This document shows, in pieces, positions 1-10,391 of a stretch of DNA of 64,000 nt (its first letter is position 1; each line of letters starts with the position of its first letter). Made by a program: the position numbers and the translations under genes. Origin of the DNA: an uncultured Verrucomicrobiae bacterium (GTDB taxonomy: Bacteria > Verrucomicrobiota > Verrucomicrobiia > Limisphaerales > Palsa-1400); NCBI GenBank assembly GCA_963764165.1, contig CAVXRD010000004.1, forward strand, positions 160,001-224,000, given 5' to 3'. The notes beneath the pieces are model-generated. The model ran no database searches. It had not been told where the DNA came from and saw only the letters and a list, made by a program, of their open reading frames with translations.

Positions 1-1
1 G

Positions 2-298
2 GTAACGGCATCGACTCAGATGCTCAGTGGCCCAATCACAACGTCTGCCAATGCCAGTGGCGCGACACAACTGGCCGCCTATGCCAACGATCCTTCCGGC
101 ACGTCGGTCATTGCGCCCGGGACGAGCCTCGTCCTTTGGAACGGCCAGACATGGGAGGTCGAAGGCACGTCACCCGCCACCGCGAGCACAACTGGCACCA
201 TTGTCGACCTGATGAATGCCAATCACTGGACTCTGTCTCAGGCGGTCAACCAAGTCATGCACGTCGCCCCAGCGCCAATGGCTCCAGGCGGCAAATAA
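2..298 (+). CDS. 3' part of a hypothetical protein, truncated at the window edge
   Basis: Frame is open from base 2 to TAA at 296-298; Thr/Ser/Ala/Gly-rich, like a secreted protein; no recognisable motif. Confidence 0.55.
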   Translation, partial: VTASTQMLSGPITTSANASGATQLAAYANDPSGTSVIAPGTSLVLWNGQTWEVEGTSPATASTTGTIVDLMNANHWTLSQAVNQVMHVAPAPMAPGGK

Positions 299-345
299 CG
301 ATTCGTTCTTTACGGCGGCGCGAAAGTATCGTTTGATCGTGCCGC

Positions 346-1854
346 TTGATCACACCAATTGTTCCAAGCGGCGAAACGGAAGCCAGCAAATCCTCCGCGC
401 TCCAGCGATTCTTCGGAAAATTCGCGGTTCTTCACGACGCGATTCCCGAATTGTGGCTCGTCTTCGCGATTAAATTCATCAGCATCGCGGCTTACGCCGT
501 AACCAACACCACGATTGTCCTCTGGCTCCAATCCGACCTCGGTTTTGGAGACAAGAAAGCTCTGCGCGTTGTGGCGGCGTGGTCGCTTCTGATGTCGTTT
601 GTCACGTTGCTGGTCGGTTCACTGACGGATGTTTTGGGAATGCGCCGAACTCTCTTTATCGGGACGACGATTTGCATTGTGGCGCGATTCGTATTGGTTG
701 TTACCGGGATCAAGTGGCTGGCGCTAGGTTTTGGCTTGGTGCCGCTGGCGGTCGGTGAAGCATTGGGCGGGCCCGTGCTTGTGGCTGCGGCTCGGAAATA
801 TTCCAATACCCGCCAGCGTTCCATGTCCTTCTCGATGATTTACGCGATGATGAATCTTGGATTCTGGATTTCCGCGTTCCTGATTGATCACCTGCGCAAA
901 TGGCTGGGCGAATACGGGCACTGGTCTCTCTTCGGAAATCCGATCTCGACCTATCGCACCATTTTCCTCGCCGGACTGGTGCTGGAGATCCTTTTGCTCC
1001 CGTTGATCTGGATGCTGCGAGAAGGCGCGGAGGCGTCGGATGCAGGCTTGAAAATTGTTCCGCGCGCCGCAAAACCGGCCGGGCGCACGATGATTCAATC
1101 CGTAGGTTTGACAATCTCCGAAGCCGCCAAAGGCACCTGGCAACTGGTCGAGAAGCTGCTTTCCCAAACGATGTTTTACCGCCTGCTGGCGTTTCTGGTG
1201 TTGATTGCGTTTGTGAAATTGATCTATCGGCAGATGGATTACGTTTATCCGCTGTTTGGCATTCGAGAGCTGGGGCCGGGCGCGCCCATCATGACGATGT
1301 GGGGATGGAATAGCCTTTTTGTCATCATTCTCGTGCCGATCATCGGCGCGATGACACAGCGTTTTTCCGCCTACTCGATGGTGATTCTGGGATGTCTGAT
1401 TTCGGCGTGTTCAGTGTTTTTCATGTCGATGCCGCCATCGATGTTTGAGCCGCTGGCGAATGGGTTTCTCGGAAATTTCATTGGCCATACTCTGCTTGGA
1501 GTCCAGGGTGCCGTGCATCCGTATTACGTGATGATAACGCTTTTTGTGTTGATGCTTTCCATTGGCGAATCCTTCTACTCGCCGCGGGTCTACGAATACA
1601 GCGCCGCCATCGCGCCCAAGGGACAGGAAGCGTCCTACAGCGCGCTTTCCTACATCCCACTGCTCTTGCCCAAACTTCTCATCGGAATTTTCTCCGGCAA
1701 TTGGCTGGAGCAATATTGCCCCGCGACCGGGCCGCGCCATTCGCAAACATTGTGGTTGATTGTCGCCCTGATCAGCCTCGTCGCGCCCGTCGGATTGATC
1801 GTTCTCCGGCCATTCATTCGCGTCCACGAAGCCGGGCGCGATGATGCCCATTAG
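346..1854 (+). CDS. MFS transporter (POT/peptide-transporter-like)
   Basis: 502 aa with about 12 hydrophobic segments; MFS motif A-like [23 protein letters not shown] in the C-terminal half. Confidence 0.85.
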   Translation: MITPIVPSGETEASKSSALQRFFGKFAVLHDAIPELWLVFAIKFISIAAYAVTNTTIVLWLQSDLGFGDKKALRVVAAWSLLMSFVTLLVGSLTDVLGMRRTLFIGTTICIVARFVLVVTGIKWLALGFGLVPLAVGEALGGPVLVAAARKYSNTRQRSMSFSMIYAMMNLGFWISAFLIDHLRKWLGEYGHWSLFGNPISTYRTIFLAGLVLEILLLPLIWMLREGAEASDAGLKIVPRAAKPAGRTMIQSVGLTISEAAKGTWQLVEKLLSQTMFYRLLAFLVLIAFVKLIYRQMDYVYPLFGIRELGPGAPIMTMWGWNSLFVIILVPIIGAMTQRFSAYSMVILGCLISACSVFFMSMPPSMFEPLANGFLGNFIGHTLLGVQGAVHPYYVMITLFVLMLSIGESFYSPRVYEYSAAIAPKGQEASYSALSYIPLLLPKLLIGIFSGNWLEQYCPATGPRHSQTLWLIVALISLVAPVGLIVLRPFIRVHEAGRDDAH

Positions 1855-1903
1855 GCAAAACGACGGTTGCGTTTGGGCGGGGGCGAACTTTACACTTCCG
1901 CAA

Positions 1904-2989
1904 ATGGGCAATTCTTTTGGACATTTGTTTCGCATTACCACATGGGGCGAATCCCATGGGGGTGGCGTCGGCGTTGTAATTGACGGCTGCCCGCCGCGCC
2001 TTGCCTTGACGGAAGCGGACATTCAACCCGATCTCGACCGCCGCCGTCCCGGCCAATCCTCCATCGTCACGCCGCGAAATGAAGCGGATCGCGTGCAAAT
2101 ACTATCCGGAACGTTTGAAGGCAAAACGCTCGGCACTCCCATTTCGATGTGGGTGAAGAATGAAGACATGCGGCCTGAAGCCTATAGCGAAATGGCCACC
2201 AAGTTCCGCCCATCCCACGCAGACTACACTTATCAGGCGAAATACGGCATCCGCAACTGGCAGGGCGGCGGTCGCACCAGCGCGCGTGAAACGATTGGGC
2301 GCGTCGCCGCGGGCGCTGTCGCCAAGAAAATTCTCAGTGAGCAGTTCGGCGTAAACGTGCTCGCTTACGTGACGCAGGTTCAAAAAATCGCCGCGCAAGT
2401 GGACCGTGAACGCGTCACCCCCAAAGAGATTGAGAAAAACATCGTCCGCTGCCCCGACGAAGCGACGGCCCGGAAAATGATCCGGTTGATCGAGAAAATG
2501 CGCCGCGCTGGCGACAGTGTCGGCGGGATTGTCGAGTGCGTGGCGCGCGGCGTTCCTCCCGGCTGGGGCGAACCTGTATTTGACCGCCTGGAAGCGGATC
2601 TGGCCAAGGCGATGCTGAGCTTGCCGGCCTCGAAGGGGTTTGAAATCGGCTCTGGTTTCGGAGGGATTTTGCTGACCGGCCTGGCCCACAACGATGCGTT
2701 CCGGATGAAGGGCGGGAAAGTGCGGACTGTCACGAATAATTCCGGCGGAATTCAGGGTGGCATTTCCAACGGGGAGACAATTTATTGCCGGGTCGCTTTC
2801 AAACCGGTGGCCACTGTGATGCGGGAGCAGGACACTGTCGACACTGCCTTTAAAAACACAACCCTCCGAGGCCGCGGGAGGCATGACCCTTGTGTTTTGC
2901 CACGAGCGGTTCCAATGGTTGAAGCGATGGCTTCTTTAGTTTTGGTCGACCACGCTTTGCGGCAGCGCGCACAATGCGGGCAGGCTTAG
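1904..2989 (+). CDS. aroC: chorismate synthase
   Basis: [30 protein letters not shown] and [12 protein letters not shown] signatures; start moved to the ATG at 1904. Confidence 0.97.
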   Translation: MGNSFGHLFRITTWGESHGGGVGVVIDGCPPRLALTEADIQPDLDRRRPGQSSIVTPRNEADRVQILSGTFEGKTLGTPISMWVKNEDMRPEAYSEMATKFRPSHADYTYQAKYGIRNWQGGGRTSARETIGRVAAGAVAKKILSEQFGVNVLAYVTQVQKIAAQVDRERVTPKEIEKNIVRCPDEATARKMIRLIEKMRRAGDSVGGIVECVARGVPPGWGEPVFDRLEADLAKAMLSLPASKGFEIGSGFGGILLTGLAHNDAFRMKGGKVRTVTNNSGGIQGGISNGETIYCRVAFKPVATVMREQDTVDTAFKNTTLRGRGRHDPCVLPRAVPMVEAMASLVLVDHALRQRAQCGQA

Positions 2990-3113
2990 GGCTTCCGCCC
3001 TTCGATTCGGGTGACTTCATGGTTCGACCGCGACACTAGCTTCTAGCTGGCAAACGCCACAAGGAAAATGTACTTGTCGGACGATAAAACAGCGGTGACA
3101 GACGCTGCGGCGG

Positions 3114-4244
3114 CTAATTTTCGACAGCTTCGGCGATGGGCTCCAGCTTGACCGGATCGGCCGGCGGCGGCCCGATCGTCGCGCCCGGTTTGAATTCCAA
3201 ACGCACAAGCAGCGACTTTCTGGCCACCCTGCCCGTCTGCACCAGCTCCATGACTTTTTGCCGGACGTAACGCGCAATCGTCCGCGGATTGTTGGCGTAA
3301 TGGCACACGGGCGGATGCAAGTCCTGGAACCAGCTATCGCTGGGCACGCAGACAAGCGAAATGTCATCCGGCACGGCGAGCCGTTTGGAAGTCATCCACG
3401 AATAGCAGGTGAGCAATTGGCCCGATGAGCAAAACACCAGCGCCGTCGGACGCTCCTCGAGGCCAAACGCTTTCGCGAGCGAACGGGCGACGGATTCCGG
3501 CGAATGGTCGTCCCTGAAAACAATCAACTGCGCCGGTTCCGGACTGGATCCAATCGCCCGGCGCAATCCGCGTTCAATCGCCAGCATGCCCGGCACAATC
3601 TGCTCGAACGCCATTTGCGCGATGACGCGGTGGCCTTGCCGGATTAATTGCAGCCCCGCGTGAAACGCAGCCGATTCCCAATCATTGACGACAAACGGCA
3701 GCTTTACGTCTGGAAACGGAGTGCCATAGATAAACACGGGCAATCCCTGCCGCTCGAACCATCGCTGTGTCGCTTCACCGACGAAATGCAGCATCCACGC
3801 CGCCGAAGGATTCTCAGCAACGAGACGTTTTAAGAATTGATCCGGCCGGCTCGAGTGCAGGTGCACCGAGGAGACAAATCGCAGCTCGCGCTTTTGCTGG
3901 TGAAGATGCTTCTCCAAATCTTCGAGTTCGACATGGATGATCCGGTCAACCATCGGAAACGGCGACAGAAACGTGACGGGAAGCGGATTATCGACTTCGG
4001 CGCGGGCTTCAGGTGGCCCCTGCTTGTGAACCCGCCGCTGCTTTCCCCGGCCGCAGGTGGAAATCCACCGCTCCTGTTCCAGTTGTTTCAAAGCCAGGCG
4101 CAACGTGTCGCGTCCGACGCCAAGCCTGGCTTTCAGCCGGAATTCCCCTGGCAGCACACCGTTGATTTCACCGTCGCTGATCCATCGCTTGAGGATCAAC
4201 GCCGTTTCTGTGACTAGACTTGATCGATGGGGAAGCTGCGCCAT
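3114..4244 (-). CDS. GntR-type HTH plus LacI-type sugar-binding-domain transcriptional regulator
   Basis: LPGEFRLKARLGVGRDTLRLAL winged HTH; C-terminal PTALVF...VPDDISLV LacI-like domain; start could be 4283 or 4244. Confidence 0.85.
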   Translation of the reverse strand: MAQLPHRSSLVTETALILKRWISDGEINGVLPGEFRLKARLGVGRDTLRLALKQLEQERWISTCGRGKQRRVHKQGPPEARAEVDNPLPVTFLSPFPMVDRIIHVELEDLEKHLHQQKRELRFVSSVHLHSSRPDQFLKRLVAENPSAAWMLHFVGEATQRWFERQGLPVFIYGTPFPDVKLPFVVNDWESAAFHAGLQLIRQGHRVIAQMAFEQIVPGMLAIERGLRRAIGSSPEPAQLIVFRDDHSPESVARSLAKAFGLEERPTALVFCSSGQLLTCYSWMTSKRLAVPDDISLVCVPSDSWFQDLHPPVCHYANNPRTIARYVRQKVMELVQTGRVARKSLLVRLEFKPGATIGPPPADPVKLEPIAEAVEN

Positions 4245-4424
4245 AACGGGGGAAGCGTACGAAACCTGCGGCGGCAATGCCATGGGCAAGATGAAAGCAT
4301 GTGTCTTGTTGAAAGACAAGTGAAATTGGCTTTCTTGTGACATTTGCAACCCATTCGCAATGCACTCCGGACGCCCGTTCTCATTTGCCGACAAGGAGCG
4401 AGGAAGGAGTCGCCACTTGTCTTA

Positions 4425-4504
4425 ATGCGAATAGTCATATAATCTCCAAAAATCGGTAACATCGGTTACACTGTTGATTATAAAGCACTTAAAAGGTAAC
4501 AAAA
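4425..4504. repeat. dispersed intergenic element, copy 1 (GGYAAC-phased)
   Basis: Near-identical to 36417-36496: atgcgaatagtYatataatctccaaaaa..ggYaacatcSgttacactgttgattataaagcaYttaa..ggYaacaaaa. Confidence 0.8.
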
Positions 4505-4609
4505 GGTTCCTCGCCATTTTCGGTGGAATGAGACAACTCGTTAGCCGTCGTTGCGGGACAACCCATTTGGAATCCAGGCTTGGCACTGGCTTGGCCAAAG
4601 CTCGGTATA

Positions 4610-4702
4610 ATGTGTGATCTCGAAAAAGGGGCAACACCCGCTACACGGTTGACCATCAACGAGATAAGGGGCAACAAAAATAGCAACAAACCCGCAACAT
4701 TT
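4610..4702. repeat. dispersed intergenic element, copy 2 (diverged)
   Basis: ggcaacacccgctacacggttgaccatcaacgagataaggggcaacaaaaatagcaacaaacccgcaacatt aligns with copies 1 and 3. Confidence 0.65.
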
Positions 4703-5069
4703 CTTCCCGCGCTGTCGGGTTGCATGAAACGCGGCGTCTTTCCGTCGTTCCCTGAAAATTTTCATCAAGATGCCTGCACCATCATTGTTCCATTGAAAAC
4801 AGCGAAGAACCTCACAATTGCCGTCACAAACCCTTGCACAGAGCCATCATAAACGCGGTTGATCAATCCCGGCAGGGGGAACCCCCGTCGATCCCTCATA
4901 TTAAATATTGGGCAGACGCTTGCGCGTGGGGGGCAATAGGGATTTTGTCGCGAAAACCAAGGGTGCAATAGGGTGAAACGCGCCGATCACAGTTTATTCC
5001 CAAGCCCCGAATCAGAGACTCGGAAATCCGCAAAATGTCAAAGAACACGCCCTGACGGCCACAGTGTCA

Positions 5070-5098
5070 AAAATAAAGCCGAAAAGTTTATTTGTCAA
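5070..5098 (-). promoter_or_regulatory. candidate sigma70 promoter TTGACA-N17-TATTTT
   Basis: Perfect -35 at 5098-5093, 17-nt spacer, TATTTT at 5075-5070; followed by boxA-like GTTCTTTGACA at 5046-5036. Confidence 0.45.
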
Positions 5099-5267
5099 TT
5101 AATGAGGTAATTACACGCGTATGTGGTATTGGCAAGGACAAGACAAACGAATCGTCGATTGTTCAGGCGGAACCGGTGGCAAAAAGTCGGCGGCGGCGCT
5201 GGGGGAGGAGTATTGCGGTAAACTGCATTGCAATGAATTGATGCGCCTCCTGCATTTATTCTCGACA

Positions 5268-5817
5268 GTGCGGGCATTTGACAGCCATAGTGCCTAAAGA
5301 TTTAGAACAGCTCAAGCTACAGGCAAATGAACAGCGCAAATCGGAGTCAGTTGAACGATTTTCCTCAAGGTTCCGCCGTCGATTTTGCCGCGACCCAATG
5401 GACCTCTGTCTTGCGTCAAAAAAGGCAAGTGAAGACAAGGAGGAATGGGTTCCGTTGCGGCGCGGATGGTTTCTCGGCGGCCAGAAATTCCGAAAGGAAC
5501 TGCTGGCCCAGATGAGCGAACGACGCCGTGCCAGCCATTACGGGCAGGAAGCAGCGGAGAGCGACATCCAACGCGCGGAATGCGTGGTGGAATCGGATTT
5601 GGGAAGGCTCGGATGGAAGGAGGCGCAACTGGGCCGACGGCGGAAGGGAGATCCGAAATAGGTGGCCATCGCCTTGCGCCTGAGGAAAGAATCGGCGATG
5701 CCGGTGAAATGGATAGCGGAGCGGTTAAAGATGGGATCGCCGGGATCGTTGTCGAACCTGCTCCGCCAAAAGCGCAAATGACAAATATCCAAATATGTAA
5801 TTATGTGGGACTGACCG
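5268..5817 (+). repeat. 550-bp direct repeat, copy 1: chimeric remnant of an ECF-sigma 5' fragment, a RAYT-like transposase 3' end and the element end
   Basis: Near-identical to 6548-7088. Encodes DFAATQWTSVL in one frame, then LRRGWFLGG..KGDPK*VAIALRLRKESAMPVKWIAERLKMGS (internal TAG at 5659-5661). Ends caaatatgtaattatgtgggactgaccg. Confidence 0.85.
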
Positions 5818-5890
5818 CTTTTTTGACCCCTTTTTTCGTGGCGTTTAATCACGTGTTGTTCCTTCGAATACAGTATCGTGATGACGAGCC

Positions 5891-6505
5891 ATGAAGAATA
5901 CAAGGTTACCACGCTCGTCATCGAGTTTGATTGCGCTAACGTTATTGATTTTGGTGCTCGTGCTTATATTCTTGCCGCGCTCAAAGAAATTTGTGCTTTT
6001 GGACGGCACGAGGGTGACTATTTTGGCTCCGAAACCTTTTGCAACCTTGCATGACTCTATTTATCACGTTAGCACTTGGACACAAGATGGCCATACCGGC
6101 GAAATGACCTTGCATGGCGACTTTGAGCGAAACCCTATTTTGACATTCAGCGTCGCGAATGATGATCATGCCTTCTATATCCTCTACGATTGCGATGTCA
6201 TGCTGCGTCTGCTTAAAATCGACACAAAACAGAGCTTTCACGGTTCTGTTGACTTGCTTGCCTCAAATGGGATTGTTGCTAGCTCTTCGCTCTACGTGGA
6301 GGAAGGAAGTAAAAGCGATTGGCTAGGAGCTTTGAACTGCCTAGAGCACATGACAGCGACTGAATTCCAAAAGAATTCCATGCCAACATTGGATGTTGGG
6401 ATTTTACGGATGTATGCCAGACAGGACCTTGTGGTATCCCATATTCGGCGACAAGTGAGTGGCATGTATGGGGGAAAATCGTCTGTTTACGGTATCCGGA
6501 AATAG
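5891..6505 (+). CDS. orphan hypothetical protein with an N-terminal membrane anchor
   Basis: 204-aa ATG ORF with hydrophobic LIALTLLILVLVLIFL; visibly AT-richer than core genes; lies between the two direct repeats. Confidence 0.7.
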   Translation: MKNTRLPRSSSSLIALTLLILVLVLIFLPRSKKFVLLDGTRVTILAPKPFATLHDSIYHVSTWTQDGHTGEMTLHGDFERNPILTFSVANDDHAFYILYDCDVMLRLLKIDTKQSFHGSVDLLASNGIVASSSLYVEEGSKSDWLGALNCLEHMTATEFQKNSMPTLDVGILRMYARQDLVVSHIRRQVSGMYGGKSSVYGIRK

Positions 6506-6547
6506 GGCGCGTTAATGATTGTAAGTGGAAAGAGGTCAACCATTAGG

Positions 6548-7088
6548 GTGCGGGCATTTGACAGCCATAGTACTTAAAGAGTTAGAACAGCTCAAGCCAC
6601 AGGCAAATGAACAGCGCAAATCGGAGTCAGTTGAACGATTTTCCTCAAGGTTCCGCCGTCGATTTTGCCACGACCCAATGGACCTCTGTCTTACGTCAAA
6701 AAGGGCAAGTGAAGATAAGGAGGAATGCGTTCCGTTGCGGCGCGGATGGTTTCTCGGCGGCAAGAAATTCCGGAAGGAACTGCTGGCCCAGATGAGCGAA
6801 CGACGCACTGCCAGCCATTACGGGGCGGAAAGCGACATCGAACGCGCGGAATGCGTGGTGGAATCGGAATTGGGAAGGCTCGGATGGAAGGAGGCGCAAC
6901 TGGGCCGACGGCGGAAGGAGGATCCGAAAAAGGCGGCCATAGCCTTGCGCCTGAGGAAAGAATCGGCGATGCCGGTGAAATGGATAGGGAAGCGGTTAAA
7001 GATGGGATCGCCGGGATCGTTGTCGAACCTGCTCCGCCAAAAACGCAAATGACAAAAATCCAAATATGTAATTATGTGGGACTGACCG
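6548..7088 (+). repeat. 541-bp direct repeat, copy 2 (RAYT-like 3' remnant)
   Basis: Copy of 5268-5817 with a 9-bp deletion (caggaagca) and no internal stop; frame ends ..SLSNLLRQKRK* at 7052. Confidence 0.85.
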
Positions 7089-7196
7089 TTGTTTTTACAA
7101 CTGCCCTCTGCCAAAATCACCCAGATCAAAGAGTTCACGCCAGCGGTCTGGGCCAAAGCGAGAGAGAACAAGCAATCGCTCGTTCAAGCAGCGTGA
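7089..7196 (+). pseudogene. C-terminal fragment of an IS66-family transposase
   Basis: Translates LFLQLPSAKITQIKEFTPAVWAKARENKQSLVQAA*, resembling the IS66 TnpC tail (RLP...I.ELTP.AW). Confidence 0.55.
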
Positions 7197-7252
7197 GCGC
7201 ACGAAGGCATTAATGTTTTCCTCGATGCGAGCGAGCCGCAAATACGGCCGAG

Positions 7253-7996
7253 CTACTTTCGCTCGATCATCTTTCGAGGCGTAGGGTCTGTCGCCGGCTC
7301 GTCCATAACTTGCACATTTGGATGAACCAAAGGGATCGCTGCCTTTGAGCCGGCTACGGCCGTGGCAGAATATTCCAAATTGTAACTTTCGTTTGTATGA
7401 TAGACTCCCTTCGCATCCTTGTAATCCCAAAAAAAGCTAATTAACCCATTGGTTGTTGTTCCCACAAGGTAGCCGAGATAATTGCTTTTGGCATCACAGA
7501 CCTCCACCCGCCAATCTGAATGGGGAGCGGCCACCCGCGCAAAGACCCACATTTGGCTACCGGCGACGTTCCACGGAAGAAAAGTAATCCAATTCGAAAG
7601 AATAATAGAGTTTGTTGCGCTGTAATATAACGGTTCCCCGGAACCGTCATCGGCATCGTCTTCCAAATAAACATCATAAAGGCCATTCGGACAGTCTTGG
7701 GTGTGCCAATGTGCAGAGTAACGGGCAGCAGAGTCTTGGCAGATGCTGACGCTCATAGGCGACCCCGTGCTATGATTTACAATCAGGTAAATTCGCTTGT
7801 CGTTGAAGTTGGACACGTTCACTTTGAATGGCAAACTCACATCACCCTCAAGAATTTCTCCGTTGGTCAAATTAAGGAACTCCAGTGGCCGCAACCCTGG
7901 ATGATTCGCTGACAGAGACGTCGCCGGGTGTTGGCAGCCGTTAAGGATTATCCAAAAAAACGATCCCACTAACAGGATGAAAGCTTGCTTCGCCAT
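7253..7996 (-). CDS. hypothetical lipoprotein with Ig-like, beta-rich domains
   Basis: Signal peptide with lipobox-like ILNGC; WHTQDCPNGLY resembles the Big-domain W.T...NG.Y; AT-richer than the backbone. Confidence 0.65.
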   Translation of the reverse strand: MAKQAFILLVGSFFWIILNGCQHPATSLSANHPGLRPLEFLNLTNGEILEGDVSLPFKVNVSNFNDKRIYLIVNHSTGSPMSVSICQDSAARYSAHWHTQDCPNGLYDVYLEDDADDGSGEPLYYSATNSIILSNWITFLPWNVAGSQMWVFARVAAPHSDWRVEVCDAKSNYLGYLVGTTTNGLISFFWDYKDAKGVYHTNESYNLEYSATAVAGSKAAIPLVHPNVQVMDEPATDPTPRKMIERK

Positions 7997-8312
7997 CTGA
8001 CTGAGCCTCTGCGGGTTCACTCACTAAGGAACCCGCTTTTCGCGCACCTTGTCAATCAGGAAATGGCGGTATCCAACCGGCCAATGTTGAGCGGGATTCG
8101 GAAGGGCGGCCGACCTTGCGCGGCGGCGCAACCGGCAGAAGCGCGGTTAATGCGTGGCCGCTCAGGCGGATACATCGGAAGTGTCACCCGTTAGGGCGTT
8201 GTGTCAACAGATAAAACGCTTCCGTCCTCAATTTTCTTATTGCGCTTTTCCTTCGCTGCAAAAGTCTTCTTTACAGGACGCATCCGATCCCTTCCTCTCG
8301 CATTCGGCTTCG

Positions 8313-10211
8313 TCAATTCCCCAGAATCCGATCCGCGAAAACAACCGCCACACCCATCAAGGCCGCGCCTGCGATCAATCCGGATGCAACCGGGAAGGTG
8401 AATTCCTCGGAACTCTTCGGCGCGGCTTTGGTGTAAATCCAGCTAATCACCGCGCCCACAAAAAAGAGGAAGCTGTAGTACCACTGGAATGTCCATGCCA
8501 GCCCGAGCGCGCCGGCCGAGGGGATGTATTTCTCGTGCTTCGGAAAGATGAATCCGAGCACCGGCAGGATGATTCCCACGATCCCGCCAATCACCATGGA
8601 TTTGACCTTGATTGGCTCCATCGTTTCGAAACCCTTGCTCAACGCCTCCGCGATGGCTTTCCAGGCCTGGGCGGCGGGCGCGCCAAATTTCGCCCCGCCC
8701 AGCGCTTCGGCGTGCGGGCCGATAATGACCCGGTAGGCCAGCACCGTTGTCAGGGTGCCAATGAAGATGCCAAAAAATTGCGCCAAAAACTGCTTGCGCG
8801 GATTGGCTCCCAGCAAATAGCCGCTCTTCAAATCGGTCAGCAAATCCGCAGATGATGCCGCCGAGGCAGCGGTGATGTTGGCGGCCATCAAATTGACGTT
8901 CATGTTGCGGGGGCTTAGCCAGCCGAAGGTCAATTGGGTCACTTTTCCCATCGCGCCCATGGGCGTGGTGTCGGTTTCGCCGGTCACGCGGCACGCCACC
9001 AGCGCGAGGAAAAAGCTCAAGACCACGGCCACCGTTGTTTGCCAAAGAGGCATTTTCAGCGTGTAATGCGCCAGAACCGACAGCCCCGCCCACCCGAAAA
9101 TTTGGCCCGCAAAGAACCACGACATCGGCGGTTCGATGGCCTCCATTTCGTCCTTGGGCGCGGTTCGGTGAAACATCGAACCCAGCCCTTGCATGGCGCG
9201 GGCAATCGACCGCCATTGGGCCAAAAAGGAAACCAGGCTGGAAGTCAGCATGCAGGCCACCCCGCCCCAAACGGTCCACCCAATCAATGTGGGATAACTG
9301 GCCGCGCCGGTGATAAGCCCCTGCTGCTGCAAATTTGGAACGAACACCGCCCAGCAAAGCGTTCCGCCGATAATCATGCTAATGCCAACCCTCATCCCGC
9401 TGATTGCGCCGGCGGCGATGAAAACCGGATCCCATTGAAGCTGAACCGTGCGCGACAGCCATTCCTTTCCCAGCAAATGCTCGTTCGCTTTGCCGACAAT
9501 GGCATCAAGGGAATAAGGCTCCAGCTTAGCGCTAATCAAATGCACGCCTTCGCTCCAAAAATCGCTGATGGCGGCCAGGACGCCCGCGATGCCGAGCGCC
9601 CTTGCCGCCCGCCTGCCCTTTTCGCCATGGCTGTGGAGCGCGCGCAGCGTCTCCGCCGCGGCGATGCCGCTGGGAAAGCGCAATTGCTCGACGTTGATCA
9701 TCTGCCGTTTCATCGGGATTGCCATCGTCACACCGAGCACCGCCAGCAGAAAGACCCATCCGAGCATCAACGGCAGCGGAACGATCTCGTTATGATTAAT
9801 CATGATGTAGGCCGAGAAAGCGGAAACGAGCGTTCCGCCCGTTGAATAGCCCGCCGAGCTGGCGGTCGATTGCATGCAATTGTTCTCGAGGATCGACATT
9901 TGCGATCCCGCCAGGCCCAATTTAAAAAAGGTCGTCCAAAGCGCGTAGGACATGATGCAGGCCGTGATCGCCACGCCCAGGAGCCAGCCGGATTTCAGGC
10001 CGACGTAGACGTTGGTGGTGGAAAGCGCGCCGCCGAGAATCAATCCCATCACGACCGCGCGGACGGTCAGTTGGGGGGTATTGGCGCCGCGCGGTTTGTA
10101 AACTTTCTCGAACCATTGGCGTTCGATTTCCTCGGGAGTTCCCTTGAACCCCTCGATGGGCAACTCGTAATCGTCCTCAGGATTCGCGGCTGGGGGCGGC
10201 GTTTGATTCAT
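8313..10211 (-). CDS. OPT-family oligopeptide transporter
   Basis: QLTVRA, NVYVGLKSG, ENNCMQSTASS, LRFPSG.A.AE and DLKSGYLLGANPRKQ motifs; polytopic membrane protein. Confidence 0.93.
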   Translation of the reverse strand: MNQTPPPAANPEDDYELPIEGFKGTPEEIERQWFEKVYKPRGANTPQLTVRAVVMGLILGGALSTTNVYVGLKSGWLLGVAITACIMSYALWTTFFKLGLAGSQMSILENNCMQSTASSAGYSTGGTLVSAFSAYIMINHNEIVPLPLMLGWVFLLAVLGVTMAIPMKRQMINVEQLRFPSGIAAAETLRALHSHGEKGRRAARALGIAGVLAAISDFWSEGVHLISAKLEPYSLDAIVGKANEHLLGKEWLSRTVQLQWDPVFIAAGAISGMRVGISMIIGGTLCWAVFVPNLQQQGLITGAASYPTLIGWTVWGGVACMLTSSLVSFLAQWRSIARAMQGLGSMFHRTAPKDEMEAIEPPMSWFFAGQIFGWAGLSVLAHYTLKMPLWQTTVAVVLSFFLALVACRVTGETDTTPMGAMGKVTQLTFGWLSPRNMNVNLMAANITAASAASSADLLTDLKSGYLLGANPRKQFLAQFFGIFIGTLTTVLAYRVIIGPHAEALGGAKFGAPAAQAWKAIAEALSKGFETMEPIKVKSMVIGGIVGIILPVLGFIFPKHEKYIPSAGALGLAWTFQWYYSFLFFVGAVISWIYTKAAPKSSEEFTFPVASGLIAGAALMGVAVVFADRILGN

Positions 10212-10391
10212 CCAACCGACGCTGTCCGACGGTCAGGTGAAGTTCAAGGAGAAAATCTGAGCTAGCGAGTCGAATTCCTCACTTTTCTCCTGAGGGATGG
10301 ACGTGCGCGTTTGTAGTATCAATCATCGGCCTGACCCCTTCGTTAACTTTGTTCCCTTCTGTTCAAACACCTTTTTTTTCGGGTTTGAGAG

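Noticed and set aside
5278..7052. 127-aa and 175-aa ORFs as functional transposases
   Set aside because: They lack the N-terminal HUH and catalytic Tyr region, the 5' part derives from unrelated sequence, and copy 1 has an internal stop
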